NCBI GenBank assembly: GCA_963662405.2
Contig: CAXXKT010000001.1
Location: forward strand, 1,440,001 to 1,504,000
DNA length: 64,000 nt
Reading direction: 5' to 3'
Origin: Syntrophales bacterium
GTDB lineage: Bacteria; Desulfobacterota; Syntrophia; Syntrophales; UBA2210
Below the pieces are notes generated by a model. The model made no database searches. It was not told the origin of the DNA and saw only the letters and a program-made list of their open reading frames with translations. How positions within the stretch are numbered: the first letter of the stretch is position 1; each line of letters begins with the position of its first letter. Position numbers and translations under genes: made by a program. Of this stretch, positions 32,053 to 40,929 are shown piece by piece.

Positions 32053-33429
32053 CTATTGGACGGGTAATCGAACACTAAAGACGGCCCCCATGCCCTCATG
32101 GCTTTCCGCGATCAATTTACCCCCGTGGTTTTCAATGATACCCAGGCTGATGCTCAAGCCCAAACCGGTTCCCATATCTTTTGTCGTATAAAAGGGATCA
32201 AAAATCTTTTGAATTTCATTTTGACTGATCCCCGGACCCGTGTCTTCAAAGACGATGTCCAGCACGCGCCGCTGTTCGTGGTAAATCGCACTGATCCTGA
32301 GCATGCCGCCTTCAACCATGGCTTGCTGGGCATTGACAATGAGGTTCATAAAAACCTGTTGCATCTGATCCTCATCAAATAAAATCTTAGGGAGATTATC
32401 GCGAATGTCCTTGATAAATTTGATGTTACGGAAGTCCTTGTGATAGGCAACCAGGCTGATTGTCTTATTGAGCACGGCGATGATATCGTGACATTTCTTT
32501 TCAGGCTGGCTTTGCCGGGCAAAATCCAAAAGCCCCTTGATGATCTTCTTGCATCGTTCTGTTTCCCGAATGACAATGTCGATATCCTTTTGGACCTGCT
32601 CTTGATCCGCGCATTCCTCTTTAATGAAGTGAGAGAAGTTGAGAATACCGGTGAGGGGGCTGTTAAGCTCATGGGCAATTCCGGCGGAAAGATTCCCTAA
32701 AGAAGCCAGCTTTTCACTTTGGATCAGCAGATTCTGCTGTCGCACCAACTCCTCGTTTGCCTCTTCGAGCTCCGTGCCTTTTTTGTCCAGTTGCAGCGTT
32801 AAATCAAAGAGATCCTGACCGCGACGGTGAAGACTCCGGGAGATGGAGCTGGTCATGTAAACCGTCAGGAGGATGATGGTCGTGAACGAGGCCATGACCG
32901 TAATGAGACGTGGTGTATTGTGCCAAAGCTCGATGGCGGTAAGCCCGTCAATGCGGTAATGCGGAATGATGCCGAACCAGGAAAGACCTACCAAAACGCT
33001 GACGAGCAGGAAACAGACGATGGCCTGATACCAGATATCGCGACCGGTCAAGAAGATGCTTCCCAGAACCATGTGAAAGACGGAAAAAAAGAGGAATGGA
33101 TTTTCGAGCCCACCGCTGAAATAAACCATAAAAATCAACGCCAGAAGATCGAGACCGATCTGCAGGTTTGCCTCAATGCGGAGGGATTTGGCTGATGGCT
33201 TGTATCGTGAAAAAAACCCCTTGTGAAGCAGGTAAAAGAAACAATTGTACAGCAGGACCATCCCGGCGATCAGCAGGATCGGGAACAACGGCAATTTGAA
33301 ATGGAACCCCTTGATGGCAAAAAAGAGCAACAGGGTCAAGACGAGTAAAAAAACCCATCTGAGCTGAACACACCATCCCAAACGTGCCTGTAATTCATCT
33401 TCCGAGGGCTTATAAATGGGCATAACCAT
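32053..33429 (-). CDS. Membrane sensor histidine kinase with RegB/PrrB-like transmembrane domain
   Basis: About 6 TMs with LRW and SGGLENPF. EKLASLG..SAGIAHELNSPL H-box, N/G1/F/G2 boxes. Confidence 0.9.
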   Translation of the reverse strand: MVMPIYKPSEDELQARLGWCVQLRWVFLLVLTLLLFFAIKGFHFKLPLFPILLIAGMVLLYNCFFYLLHKGFFSRYKPSAKSLRIEANLQIGLDLLALIFMVYFSGGLENPFLFFSVFHMVLGSIFLTGRDIWYQAIVCFLLVSVLVGLSWFGIIPHYRIDGLTAIELWHNTPRLITVMASFTTIILLTVYMTSSISRSLHRRGQDLFDLTLQLDKKGTELEEANEELVRQQNLLIQSEKLASLGNLSAGIAHELNSPLTGILNFSHFIKEECADQEQVQKDIDIVIRETERCKKIIKGLLDFARQSQPEKKCHDIIAVLNKTISLVAYHKDFRNIKFIKDIRDNLPKILFDEDQMQQVFMNLIVNAQQAMVEGGMLRISAIYHEQRRVLDIVFEDTGPGISQNEIQKIFDPFYTTKDMGTGLGLSISLGIIENHGGKLIAESHEGMGAVFSVRLPVQ

Positions 33430-33476
33430 CCCCTTCTAACTCCTTCCTATAAGAGATACCCGATGATGTCAACTGC

Positions 33477-33495
33477 TGTATACGGCAGATATACA
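33477..33495. promoter_or_regulatory. Palindromic site TGTATA-N7-TATACA, copy 1 (candidate enhancer/UAS)
   Basis: TGTATAcggcagaTATACA. Confidence 0.55.
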
Positions 33496-33593
33496 ATCGT
33501 GGCGGGGCACGTGGGGGTGCTTTGGGGAGAGGTATTCCTTAATGCTATATATAAACAATGAGTTGGCATGGTTCGGCGGCGAGGTAATAGATC

Positions 33594-33620
33594 GTATTGT
33601 ATAAATAAAATATACAATAC
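33594..33620. promoter_or_regulatory. Palindromic site TGTATA-N7-TATACA, copy 2 (extended 10-bp perfect inverted repeat)
   Basis: GTATTGTATA-aataaaa-TATACAATAC, about 105 bp upstream of the sigma54-like promoter. Confidence 0.65.
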
Positions 33621-33723
33621 ATCCCCCCCCGGAACCCCGCCGCAGACTCGCATAGAAACAAATTTACAATATATCTTCAATTATAACAGGACATTGCACT
33701 TTTTTACCGGGATCGAATTTCTC

Positions 33724-33740
33724 CTGGCACATTCGTTGAT
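33724..33740 (+). promoter_or_regulatory. Candidate sigma54 promoter
   Basis: CTGGCACATTCGTTGAT: perfect -24 TGGCAC; -12 TTGA instead of TTGC. Confidence 0.6.
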
Positions 33741-33776
33741 ATGAATAAAGTCAAAAATCAGAAGGAGGACCGAGAA

Positions 33777-34262
33777 ATGAACGAACTGAAACGAGCAATT
33801 GGTTATGTCTGTGATATCCCCGTGACCGGAACGAATATGATCATCGGCAAGGAAGATCAGCGTATGCGCCTGATCAAGTACGCCGAGAAAGAAAACATCG
33901 AATTGGTCCATATTTTTGAGGATAATGCGTATACGGAGGATTTCATGAATCGTCCCGGTCTGCAAAAGGTCCTTACCATGCTTCACGAATATGACACGGT
34001 ATTGGTCGAACGTGCCTGGGTCTTGACCACAAGGAAAAAGGACCTGATGCCGTTCCTGGAGATGATTGAATCCAAGCAAACCAGGCTTGTGGCGACGGCC
34101 TATCTGTGGGATTGCCTGCACCAGATACTTCGTCGCCGTTATGCCGATACGCTCGGATTCAAACCGGCCGGGATTATGGAAAAGACACGTTACAATATCC
34201 TGGAGATGAACCCGAGACAAATGGACGAGGTTGTCTGTACCCAAGATGCCAGTGTGGCCTGA
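33777..34262 (+). CDS. Serine recombinase/resolvase-fold protein lacking the catalytic residues and DNA-binding domain
   Basis: AIGY, Q...L..YA, IELVHIFED, RPGLQKVL, DTVLV pattern of the resolvase N-domain. YxRxS replaced by YVCDI and DRLxR by WVLTT. Strong SD AAGGAGG. Confidence 0.75.
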   Translation: MNELKRAIGYVCDIPVTGTNMIIGKEDQRMRLIKYAEKENIELVHIFEDNAYTEDFMNRPGLQKVLTMLHEYDTVLVERAWVLTTRKKDLMPFLEMIESKQTRLVATAYLWDCLHQILRRRYADTLGFKPAGIMEKTRYNILEMNPRQMDEVVCTQDASVA

Positions 34263-34415
34263 GAAGATCAGGTATTGACCGGCAAAACGCTGGTGCTCCG
34301 GTGGACTGCTCAGAAGAGAAGGAGGAGAGATAGCGCAAGACGGAAGCGAATAAAGCGTGTGAACCGCCACACGGCAATGAACGGCACAAAGAGAAGGCGT
34401 CGTTCGGTCGCTTGC

Positions 34416-34447
34416 GAGATGGGGACCATCTCACCCCCTTTCTTTTT
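34416..34447 (+). terminator. Possible terminator after the recombinase-like gene
   Basis: GAGATGG-gga-CCATCTC followed by a pyrimidine/T run. Confidence 0.4.
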
Positions 34448-34546
34448 CAGCGTGACACCTTCCCGTGAGGCGGCACTGTGTCCACAATCCCTTGCTGGAG
34501 TCGGATACAGCGATCAGAAGAGAAAGTCATAAGGAGAACGTGACAA

Positions 34547-35962
34547 ATGGAACAGTTGAACAGAACGAGATACGGGGGAAAGCTGAGGACCGCCGAGGCG
34601 GTGGCCCGGATGATCACGTCCGGCGACCGGATCTTCTTTTCCGAATTTGTCCTCCGACCCGAATCATTTGATACGGCCCTCGCCGATCGTGCCGATGAAC
34701 TGACAAATGTTACCATAGAAGGTTTATGTATTGCCAAGGTTCCCCATTTTATCGAGGCAGACCCGAAACGGCGGCACTTTATTTACAATGACTGGCACTT
34801 TTCCGGGGTGAGCAGGAGACTGTACCGGCAGGGTCTGTGCAGCTACATTCCCCTTACCTATCACCAGGGACCCCGGATCATTCGGAAATACAAGGAGTAT
34901 GATTTCGTGGTGGTGAGCGCGCGGCCCATGGACGGGCAGGGATATTTCAACTACGGCGTCTCCAACTCCCTCACCTCGGCGGCCATTACCAAGGCCAGGA
35001 AGGTCATCGTCGAGATCAACGAGAGCATGCCCCACTGCCTCGGGGGCAATCAGGAATCGGTGCACGTATCGCGGGTCGATTATATCATCGAGGGGAACAA
35101 TCCCCCGATGATCGAGATTCCCCCTGCCCAACCCTCGGAGACGGACACCCTGATCGCCCGGCACATCATGACGGAGATCGAAGACGGGGCCTGCCTCCAA
35201 CTCGGCATCGGCGGTCTGCCCAACGTCATCGGTGCCATGATTGCGGAGAGCGACCTGAAGGACCTGGGGATCCACACGGAGATGCTGGTTGATTCCATGG
35301 TGGACCTCTACGAGGCCGGGAAGATCACGGGGAACCGGAAGACGGCGGACCGTTTCAAGATGGTCTATACCTTTGCCATGGGGACCGGCAAGCTCTATGA
35401 GTTCCTGCACCACAATCCGGCCTGCGCCTCGTACCCGGTGAACTACACCAACGATCCCCGGGTGATGTCCTTCAACAGCAAGGTGACGGCCGTCAACAAC
35501 GCCATCGAGGTGGACCTGTTCAGTCAGGTCTGCTCCGAATCCGTCGGGACCTCCCAGATTTCCGGGACGGGGGGACAGTTCGACCTTATCTTCGGTGCCT
35601 TCAATTCGCGGGGCGGCAAGGGGATCATCGGCCTGAGCTCGACGTTCCAGGACAAGGACGGAAATGTTCACTCGCGGATCGTCCCCACGCTCCGGCCGGG
35701 TTCCATCGTCACCGTTCCCCGATCCTGCGTGCAGTACATCGCCACCGAGTACGGGATTGTCCAGCTCAAGGGGAAATCGACATGGGAGCGTGCGGAGGCG
35801 CTGATCAGTATCGCCCATCCCCGGTTTCGTGACGACCTCATGAAACAGGCGCGGGAGATGAAGATCTGGCTCGATCGTGCTGATGACCAGAATCGATATA
35901 GTTTTGACCCTCACGTTACAGACCGCTCTTCCAATTCTGTTGAAGTAACCTGTTCATTGTGA
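34547..35962 (+). CDS. Acetyl-CoA hydrolase/transferase family; butyryl-CoA:acetate or 4-hydroxybutyrate CoA-transferase-like
   Basis: CLQLGIGG.P, GIHTEM catalytic Glu, SGTGGQ.D, ATEYG, IAHP.FR motifs. Confidence 0.9.
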   Translation: MEQLNRTRYGGKLRTAEAVARMITSGDRIFFSEFVLRPESFDTALADRADELTNVTIEGLCIAKVPHFIEADPKRRHFIYNDWHFSGVSRRLYRQGLCSYIPLTYHQGPRIIRKYKEYDFVVVSARPMDGQGYFNYGVSNSLTSAAITKARKVIVEINESMPHCLGGNQESVHVSRVDYIIEGNNPPMIEIPPAQPSETDTLIARHIMTEIEDGACLQLGIGGLPNVIGAMIAESDLKDLGIHTEMLVDSMVDLYEAGKITGNRKTADRFKMVYTFAMGTGKLYEFLHHNPACASYPVNYTNDPRVMSFNSKVTAVNNAIEVDLFSQVCSESVGTSQISGTGGQFDLIFGAFNSRGGKGIIGLSSTFQDKDGNVHSRIVPTLRPGSIVTVPRSCVQYIATEYGIVQLKGKSTWERAEALISIAHPRFRDDLMKQAREMKIWLDRADDQNRYSFDPHVTDRSSNSVEVTCSL

Positions 35963-36001
35963 TAGAGATCCAGCAATTTCATCGCGGTAGTGGAGAGGTA
36001 T

Positions 36002-37462
36002 ATGGAAGGAAACTTGGGGAAGATGCTGGTGAATACGCGAGCTGCTTGTGCGGATCGGGTATCCCTTATATATAAGGATACGATCGTTTCCTATGCTGAA
36101 CTGGACCAAGCGGTCAATGCCTTTGGTAGCCGGTTGCGAGCCCTTGGCGTAACCAAGGGGGACCGGGTGGCGATCATGCTTCCCAATATACCGGAATTTG
36201 TCGTGGCTTACTTTGCCGCGTTGAAACTTGGCGCCACGGCGGTGACCATCAATGTCATGTCGACCCCCTACGAGCTTCTCTATCTTCTCGGTAACTGCGA
36301 GGCAAAGGTTTGTATCACCGTCCCTTCGTCGGCAAAACGGTTCCAAGAGATACGAAAACAGCTGCCGCAACTCGAGCACCTGATCACGACCGACGAGACC
36401 GCCGGCACTCTCTCCATAGATGAATCACTGGAAAGAGAACCCCACACGCTTGAGATGCCGGAGATCATGGGTGAGGAGCCCGCCGTGATGATCTATACCT
36501 CAGGACTGACGGGGAAACCGCTCGGTGCCGTCCTGACCCACCACAATCTCTCTACCCAAGCTTCCCTCCTGGAGGAGGTCTTGAACGGAACACCGGACGA
36601 CAGGGGTTTGTGCCTCATCCCTCTCTTTCATTCTTTCGGTGCCGTAGCCAATATGCTGATGGTCCTGAAGACGGGGGCCAGTGTCGTTATGCTCGATCAG
36701 TTCAATCTTGAGGCCCTCTTCAAGACGGTAGAGGAACAGAAGGTTTCTTATATCGCCGCCGTCCCGAGGGTTTTCCTGGGGATGCTCCTCTATGAGGGGG
36801 CGGACCGATACGACATGAATTCTCTGCGGTTTTGCATCACCGGCGGTTCGGCGATGCCGCCGGAATACATCCCGATGTTCGAAAAAAAGTTCGGGGTTAT
36901 CCTGTTTCAGGGATATGGGCTGACGGAGGCATCCCCCGTTTGCTCGGTCAACAGGGTCGACCGCGTGCAAAAAGTCGGCTCTATCGGAACGCCGATACCC
37001 GGTGTCGAGGCGCGAGTCATGAACGGCAGCGAATCTTCCCTGGCGGCGGAGGAGATAGGAGAGCTTGTCATCCGCGGCCCCAATGTTATGAAGAGTTATT
37101 ACCGCAATGATGAGGCAACCGCCGAGGTGATCCACGACGGGTGGCTCCACACCGGGGATCTGGCTCGGATCGATGAAGATGGGTATATCTTCCTCGAAGG
37201 GCGCAAAAAACGGATGATTATCACCAGCGGATTCAATGTATATCCCGCCGAGATCGAAAACGTCCTCAGGATGCACCCGGCCGTCATGGACGCACGGATC
37301 ATCGGTCAGGAGAATCTCATGCGAGGAGAGATCGTCAAGGCCCTTATCGTAAAAAAAGAGGGGTTTTCTCTCAATAAAACTGATATTACTAAGCACTGTA
37401 GGACATATCTTTCTTCATACAAATCTCCCCGGGAGGTGGAGTTTGTAGAGAGACTTGATTAA
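36002..37462 (+). CDS. Acyl-CoA synthetase / fatty-acid-CoA ligase (AMP-forming)
   Basis: YTSGLTGKP, QGYGLTEASP, GWLHTGD, GFNVYPAEIE. Alternative GTG start at 35990. Confidence 0.9.
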   Translation: MEGNLGKMLVNTRAACADRVSLIYKDTIVSYAELDQAVNAFGSRLRALGVTKGDRVAIMLPNIPEFVVAYFAALKLGATAVTINVMSTPYELLYLLGNCEAKVCITVPSSAKRFQEIRKQLPQLEHLITTDETAGTLSIDESLEREPHTLEMPEIMGEEPAVMIYTSGLTGKPLGAVLTHHNLSTQASLLEEVLNGTPDDRGLCLIPLFHSFGAVANMLMVLKTGASVVMLDQFNLEALFKTVEEQKVSYIAAVPRVFLGMLLYEGADRYDMNSLRFCITGGSAMPPEYIPMFEKKFGVILFQGYGLTEASPVCSVNRVDRVQKVGSIGTPIPGVEARVMNGSESSLAAEEIGELVIRGPNVMKSYYRNDEATAEVIHDGWLHTGDLARIDEDGYIFLEGRKKRMIITSGFNVYPAEIENVLRMHPAVMDARIIGQENLMRGEIVKALIVKKEGFSLNKTDITKHCRTYLSSYKSPREVEFVERLD

Positions 37463-37513
37463 ACAAGAACAGCAAATCCTCCCTGACAGACGCGTGACGA
37501 AAGGAGACGTAAC

Positions 37514-38809
37514 ATGCGAGAAGTGGTTATCGTAAACGGAGCACGGACCGCCGTCGGCACATTCGGTGGGTCCCTCAAGGATGTACGGTGTGTTGATCTC
37601 GGTTCCCTGGTTATCAAAGAGGCGATCAAGAGGGCTGGTCTCAGGCCGACTATTTCCGATTTTATAAAATCATGCCGTGCGGATGCCTTCGGAGAATTCG
37701 AAAAGACACCGATAAATGAAAAACATTATGATTATGACAATTCTCTGATCCCTACATACTTTGATGAATGTATCATGGGGAACGTTTTGCAGGGTGGTCA
37801 GGGGCAGAACCCCGGACGTCAGGCGGCCATCTATGCCGGGTTGCCCGAGGAAACAACCGCGATCACGGTCAACAAGATCTGTGCGTCGGGGATGAAGGCG
37901 ATTGCCCTGGGTGCCCAGGCGATCAAGGCGGGAGATGCGGATATCGTCGTTGCCGGCGGTATGGAGTCGATGAGTCAGGCACCGTACGGCCTCCCGAAGG
38001 CCCGGTGGGGGTATCGGATGGATATGCCCTTCGGTCAGATCACCGATATCATGGTCCATGACGGCCTCTACGAGATCTTCAACAAGTACCACATGGGATT
38101 TACCGCCGAGAACATTGCCGCACTCTATGGGATTACCCGCGAGGAGCAAGATGAACTCGGTCTTCTCAGCCATGAGAGAGCCCGGGCGGCGATTGCCCGG
38201 GGTGAGTTTGTGGATGAGATCGTCCCGGTCGTCATGCCGCAGCGCAAAGGTGACCCGAAGGTCTTTGATGTTGACGAACGTCCCATGGACACAACCCTGG
38301 AGAAGATGGCCAAACTGGCTCCCGTCTTCACCAAGGACGGAAAGGGAACGGTCACTGCCGGGAATGCCTCCGGGATCAACGATGCCGCTGCGGCCGTTGT
38401 CTTGATGAGCGCCGAAAAGGCCCGGGAGATGGGTCTCAAACCCTTGGCAAAGATCAAGGGATACGCGTCGGGCGGCGTGGATACCGCCTATATGGGCCTG
38501 GGTCCCATCCCCGCTACCCGGAAGGTCATGCATCAGTTGGGGCTGACGGTCAAGGATATGGACTACATCGAACTGAATGAGGCATTCGCCTGCCAGGCGA
38601 TCGCCTGCATGCGCGAACTGGGGATCGGCCTCGACAATTGCAACCTCAATGGGAGCGGGATCTCCATCGGGCATCCCATCGGCTGCACCGGGGCGCGGAT
38701 TACCTACAGCCTCGCCATGCAGATGCAGAAGAAAGACCTCAATCTCGGGCTGGCCACGCTCTGCATCGGGGGAGGCCAAGGGATGGCAATGGTCCTCGAA
38801 CGGGTATAG
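37514..38809 (+). CDS. Acetyl-CoA C-acetyltransferase (thiolase)
   Basis: [24 protein letters not shown] catalytic motifs. Confidence 0.95.
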   Translation: MREVVIVNGARTAVGTFGGSLKDVRCVDLGSLVIKEAIKRAGLRPTISDFIKSCRADAFGEFEKTPINEKHYDYDNSLIPTYFDECIMGNVLQGGQGQNPGRQAAIYAGLPEETTAITVNKICASGMKAIALGAQAIKAGDADIVVAGGMESMSQAPYGLPKARWGYRMDMPFGQITDIMVHDGLYEIFNKYHMGFTAENIAALYGITREEQDELGLLSHERARAAIARGEFVDEIVPVVMPQRKGDPKVFDVDERPMDTTLEKMAKLAPVFTKDGKGTVTAGNASGINDAAAAVVLMSAEKAREMGLKPLAKIKGYASGGVDTAYMGLGPIPATRKVMHQLGLTVKDMDYIELNEAFACQAIACMRELGIGLDNCNLNGSGISIGHPIGCTGARITYSLAMQMQKKDLNLGLATLCIGGGQGMAMVLERV

Positions 38810-38836
38810 ACTCAACTACGCAAAGGAGAACGAGAG

Positions 38837-39694
38837 ATGGAAGTGAAAACATTCGGCGTCATCGGTGCCGGTCAGATGGGGAACGGGATCGCCCAGGTCG
38901 TTGCGCATCAGGGTGGGCTGAAGGTCATCATGAACGATATCGCAGATGAATTCGTCGAGAGAGGCTATGCAGCCATTGCGAAACGTCTCGACGGGATGGT
39001 CGCCAAGGAGCGGATTACTAAGGAGAACAAGGAAGAGATCCTCAGCCGGATCACGAAGAGTACCAATCTTGAAGATATGAAAGGGGCCGATTTCGTCGTG
39101 GAGGCGGCCACCGAGCGGGAAGACCTGAAACTCGATATTTTCAGAAAACTGGATGGAATCTGCGCCCCCGGGGTTATCCTCGCATCCAACACCTCCTCGA
39201 TCCCGATTACGCGGATAGCGAGCGTGACGAAGAGACCGGAGAAGATTATCGGGATGCACTTTATGAATCCCGTTCCCGCAATGAAACTGATAGAGGTCAT
39301 CCGCGGATTGGCTACGGAACCGGCGACCTTTGACCTGACGGAACAATTGGCCCGGCAGTTCGGCAAGACCCCTGTCGAGTGCAATGACTTCCCCGGCTTT
39401 ATCCTGAACCGGATCCTGATCTCGATGATCAATGAAGGGATCTATACCCTCTATGAGGGCGTGGGAAGCGCCGAGGCGATTGACAGTATGATGAAACTGG
39501 GGGCCAATCACCCCATGGGGCCGCTGGAATTGGCAGATCTCGTTGGCCTCGATGTCTGTCTCGCGATTATGGAGACGCTCTACACGGGACTGGGGGATCC
39601 CAAATATCGTCCGTGCCCGCTCCTCAAGAAATATGTCGCTGCGGGCTTTTTGGGAAGAAAAACGGGGAGGGGTTTTTATAACTACCCCGGCTGA
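38837..39694 (+). CDS. hbd: 3-hydroxybutyryl-CoA dehydrogenase
   Basis: GAGQMG.GIAQ, SNTSS, GMHFMNP, HPMGP..LAD..GLD motifs. Confidence 0.93.
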   Translation: MEVKTFGVIGAGQMGNGIAQVVAHQGGLKVIMNDIADEFVERGYAAIAKRLDGMVAKERITKENKEEILSRITKSTNLEDMKGADFVVEAATEREDLKLDIFRKLDGICAPGVILASNTSSIPITRIASVTKRPEKIIGMHFMNPVPAMKLIEVIRGLATEPATFDLTEQLARQFGKTPVECNDFPGFILNRILISMINEGIYTLYEGVGSAEAIDSMMKLGANHPMGPLELADLVGLDVCLAIMETLYTGLGDPKYRPCPLLKKYVAAGFLGRKTGRGFYNYPG

Positions 39695-39744
39695 TCGGTT
39701 TGAGCAATCAGCCCAATATAGAGTAGTAGGAAGGAAGAAGCACT

Positions 39745-40893
39745 ATGAATTTTCAGCCAACGGAAGAACAACAGATGGTCAAGGAGATGGTGGCACGGTT
39801 TGTCAATGAAGAGATCAAACCGAAGGCCGAGGAGTTTGACCGAACACACGAGCACCCGCAGGAAGTCGTCCGGAAGCTCGGTGAAATGGGACTAATGGGT
39901 GTTGCAGTTCCCACCGAGTACGACGGCGCCGGTATGGATAACGTCACCTACGTTATGGCCCTGATCGAAATTTCGCGTGGCTGCGCGAGCTGCGGTGTCA
40001 TTACCTCCGTGAACAATTCGCTCTACGGTTATCCTGTTAAAACCTTTGGGACGGATGAACAGAAAAAGAAATTTCTTGCGCCGGTGGCGGGAGGACTGGT
40101 TGAGGGATGCTATGCCCTGACCGAATCGGGCGCAGGGTCGGATGCCGCTGGACTGAGGTGCCGGGCCGAACTCAAAGGCGATAAGTACATCGTCAACGGC
40201 GTCAAGAAATTCATTACCAGCGGCAACGTCGCCGATTACTGCGTGCTGGCGGCAACGGAAGATCCTGCCAAAGGGTACAAGGGCGTTATAAACCTCATCG
40301 TGGATTTGAAGAACACCCCCGGGTTCTCCGTCGGCACCATTGAGGATAAGATGGGCATCCTCGCATCCGGTACGGCGGAACTCGTTTTTGAGGACGCCGA
40401 GGTCCCCGCCGAAAATCTCCTGGGCAAACCCGGAGAGGGATTCAAGCAGATGCTGATGGGACTCGATGCCGGGCGAATCGGCATCGGAGCGCAGGCCTGC
40501 GGTATCGGAAAGGCCGTTCTGGAAGACTCGCTTGCCTACGCACAGGAGCGAGAGCAGTTCGGAAAACCGATCACCTCCTTCCAGGCGATTCAGTGGAAGT
40601 TGGCCGATATGGCAACGGAGATCGATGCTGCGGAAATGCTTTTACTCAAGGCCGCCTGGCTCGAGGACAACGGTCTCGATTTTGAGAAGGAAGCGGCTAT
40701 GGCGAAGATGTACGCCTCCGATGTGACCATGAGAGCCGCCGTAGAAGGTGTTCAGATCTTTGGTGGTTACGGTTACTGTAAGGATTATCCGGCGGAGCGA
40801 CACATGCGGGATGCCAAGATCTGCCAGATCTACGAAGGCACCAACGAAGTGCAACGAATGGTTGTCGCCCGAAAGCTGTTGGGCGCTCGATAA
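39745..40893 (+). CDS. Acyl-CoA dehydrogenase (short/medium chain, butyryl-CoA dehydrogenase-like)
   Basis: ALTESGAGSD, NG.K.FITSG, REQFGK, QIFGGYGY, IYEGTNEVQR motifs. Confidence 0.93.
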   Translation: MNFQPTEEQQMVKEMVARFVNEEIKPKAEEFDRTHEHPQEVVRKLGEMGLMGVAVPTEYDGAGMDNVTYVMALIEISRGCASCGVITSVNNSLYGYPVKTFGTDEQKKKFLAPVAGGLVEGCYALTESGAGSDAAGLRCRAELKGDKYIVNGVKKFITSGNVADYCVLAATEDPAKGYKGVINLIVDLKNTPGFSVGTIEDKMGILASGTAELVFEDAEVPAENLLGKPGEGFKQMLMGLDAGRIGIGAQACGIGKAVLEDSLAYAQEREQFGKPITSFQAIQWKLADMATEIDAAEMLLLKAAWLEDNGLDFEKEAAMAKMYASDVTMRAAVEGVQIFGGYGYCKDYPAERHMRDAKICQIYEGTNEVQRMVVARKLLGAR

Positions 40894-40929
40894 CTGGATT
40901 AAAAATAGGACTCTTTCCGGGAGGGCACC

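Noticed and set aside
33563..33580. Second sigma54-like site TTGGCATGGTTCGGC
   Set aside because: GG-to-GC spacing is 9 rather than 10.
33777..34262. Active resolvase/invertase marking a mobile or invertible element
   Set aside because: Catalytic Ser/Arg residues and DNA-binding domain are absent; no transposase or flanking terminal repeats were seen.
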